A DNA stretch of 64,000 nt from Squalus acanthias (lineage: Eukaryota). A program made the position numbers and the translations under genes. The notes under the pieces were generated by a model. That model was not told where the DNA came from. It made no database searches and saw nothing but the letters and a program-made list of their open reading frames with translations. The stretch covers positions 116,934,001-116,998,000 of the forward strand of contig CM059431.1 in NCBI GenBank assembly GCA_030390025.1, given 5' to 3'. Numbering within the stretch: position 1 is the stretch's first letter; each line of letters begins with the position of its first letter. Shown piece after piece: positions 62,226 to 64,000 of this stretch.

Positions 62226-64000
62226 GTAGAACCCGCACAGTCCGTCTACCTGTGTCCGCTCAGCTATGATGCGTGGAAGCGACCCCTGGTGGAGATGGAG
62301 GCAGAGAAGCAGAAGGGTAGTTATTTGTTGGACACGGGAGCTTCATGCACCGTGATTCATACGGATAGCCGCTTTGACTCACCGCTATCTACCAAGGTCC
62401 CATACACATTAGCGGGGTTTACGGGAAAAGAGCAGGCTGGCGCGTTCTCCATTCCGCTCTCCATTCATTTAGGAGCACTCCACATCACGTGGAAGTGCAT
62501 ACTGATGAAATGGCAAGAGGGGGGTGGGAGAGGCATCCTCGGATCAGATCTCCTATCGGAGCACGGGATCCTCGTGGACCTTAGGAATCACTGTCTCTGG
62601 GGAGCTAAGGGTGGAAAAGGCAAGGTAGTGGCAATCCCGGGGAAGGAAGGTAAAGGGGCCCTGTGTACCATGAAGTCATCCGGAGGCTACGACCTCGGGC
62701 TTATGGTCGCGGATATCCCAACGGACATGCAGACGTACGTGTCAGATAATATGCACGCGTTTGCAACCCACAAACACGATTGTGGGAGGGTTACCGGGTT
62801 TGAGGTCAGCGTAAACGGGGACACCATGACCCGGCCCCAAAAGCAGTATAACTTCCCCAAAGAAGCAGAACCCGACATGGAGACAGCAATGTCCTCATTG
62901 GTGCAGCAGGGCGTGTTGAGGCCAATAGCCACACACGTGAACTCCCCATTATGGCCGGTGAGAATGCCGGATAATTCGTGGAGGGCCACGGTGGACTACA
63001 GAGTCCTTAACAGTAACATTCCCGCCTGCGCGCCCACGGTAGCAGCAGTTGCTGACCTAATAGGGAGTATCCCAGCGTCCGCGACCACGTTCATGGTGCT
63101 GGATATCTCAAACGGTTTTTGGTCCATCCTGCTGCGGCGAGAGGACCAGTACAAGTTTGCCTTTACTTTTAAAGGACAACAGTACACATGGAACTGTTTG
63201 CCACAGGGTTTCCACAACAGCCCCAGTATTTTCCATCAGTGTATGGCAGGAAGTTTAAAGGAGTTTAGTCAGCCCAATCAGATAGTGCAGTACGTGGATG
63301 ATTTGCTCCTGTTCACGGACTCAAGGGAGGAGCATGGACCACTGCTAGCCGAGTTATTGGAGCTGCTAGCGAGAAAGGGTTTTAAAGTAAACCCTAAGAA
63401 AGCACGCATCGGTCAGCAGGAAGTAAAATTCCTGGGTCTGACCATTCGCGCTGGGGAAAGAGCCATAGATAAGGCTAGGAGGGAGTCGGTGCAGGAGTTA
63501 CCGATTCCCAACACGATAACGGGTGTGAGGTCCTTTCTGGGACTGACCGGTTACTGTCGAGACTTCATCGAGGTCTATGCGGCCACAGCAGCTCCGCTGC
63601 TCCGACTGCTCCATAAGGGAGTGGAGTGGTCTTGGGACGAGGGTTGCCAGGCAGCATTCGAGAAGTTAAAAAGGGATTTGCAGACCGCGCCAGCTTTAGG
63701 GGCCATAGATGGGGGGAAGGAGTTTTTCCTGGAGGTAGCTGCCAGCGGAGACAGCTTGAGCGGCGTGCTGCTCCAAGAGCGTCACGGCAAGCTGAGGCCG
63801 GTTGTCTATTCGACCAGGGTGTTAACGGATGTGGAGAGGAGTTTTACCAACTGCGAAAGGCATCTTTTTGCCACGCATTGGGCTGTGAAAAGATCAGCGC
63901 TCTTCACAGGGCTCTCTCCCATCACTCTCCTCACCCATCACACACCAACTAAGATGCTTCTAGATGGGAGGATTAAGGATGGGACCGTAAGCAGCGCTCG
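62226..64000 (+). CDS. pol: Pol (protease, RT, tether), in frame with gag, runs off the window
   Basis: Hand translation: LLDTGAS (D at 62331), RPQKQY, WRATVDYRVLN, LDISNGFW, LPQGFHNSP, YVDD (63291-63302), VRSFLGLTGYCR. Confidence 0.92.

Overview
Eukaryotic, repeat-dominated vertebrate DNA, most consistent with a cartilaginous fish (shark-type CR1 LINEs, L2, tRNA-headed Deu-domain SINEs, Penelope-like elements). No host protein-coding gene can be supported. Main content: (1) an apparently intact two-gene PIF/Harbinger transposon (6445-10679) plus three decayed relatives and several MITEs; (2) three GIY-YIG Penelope-like insertions and two short relatives, which together carry five minimal hammerhead-ribozyme motifs; (3) a Tigger/pogo element with TIRs and a twice-stopped transposase; (4) a solo LTR and the 5' part of a provirus (58765 to window end). 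The provirus has a 1.6-kb LTR, a tRNA-Arg PBS, a CCHC gag and pol in frame after one TGA. Its RT motifs are foamy-like and its first RNase H fold lacks the catalytic residues, pointing to a deep-branching retrovirus rather than a Gypsy element. Many insertions are nested with readable target-site duplications. All calls were made by eye; family names need database confirmation.
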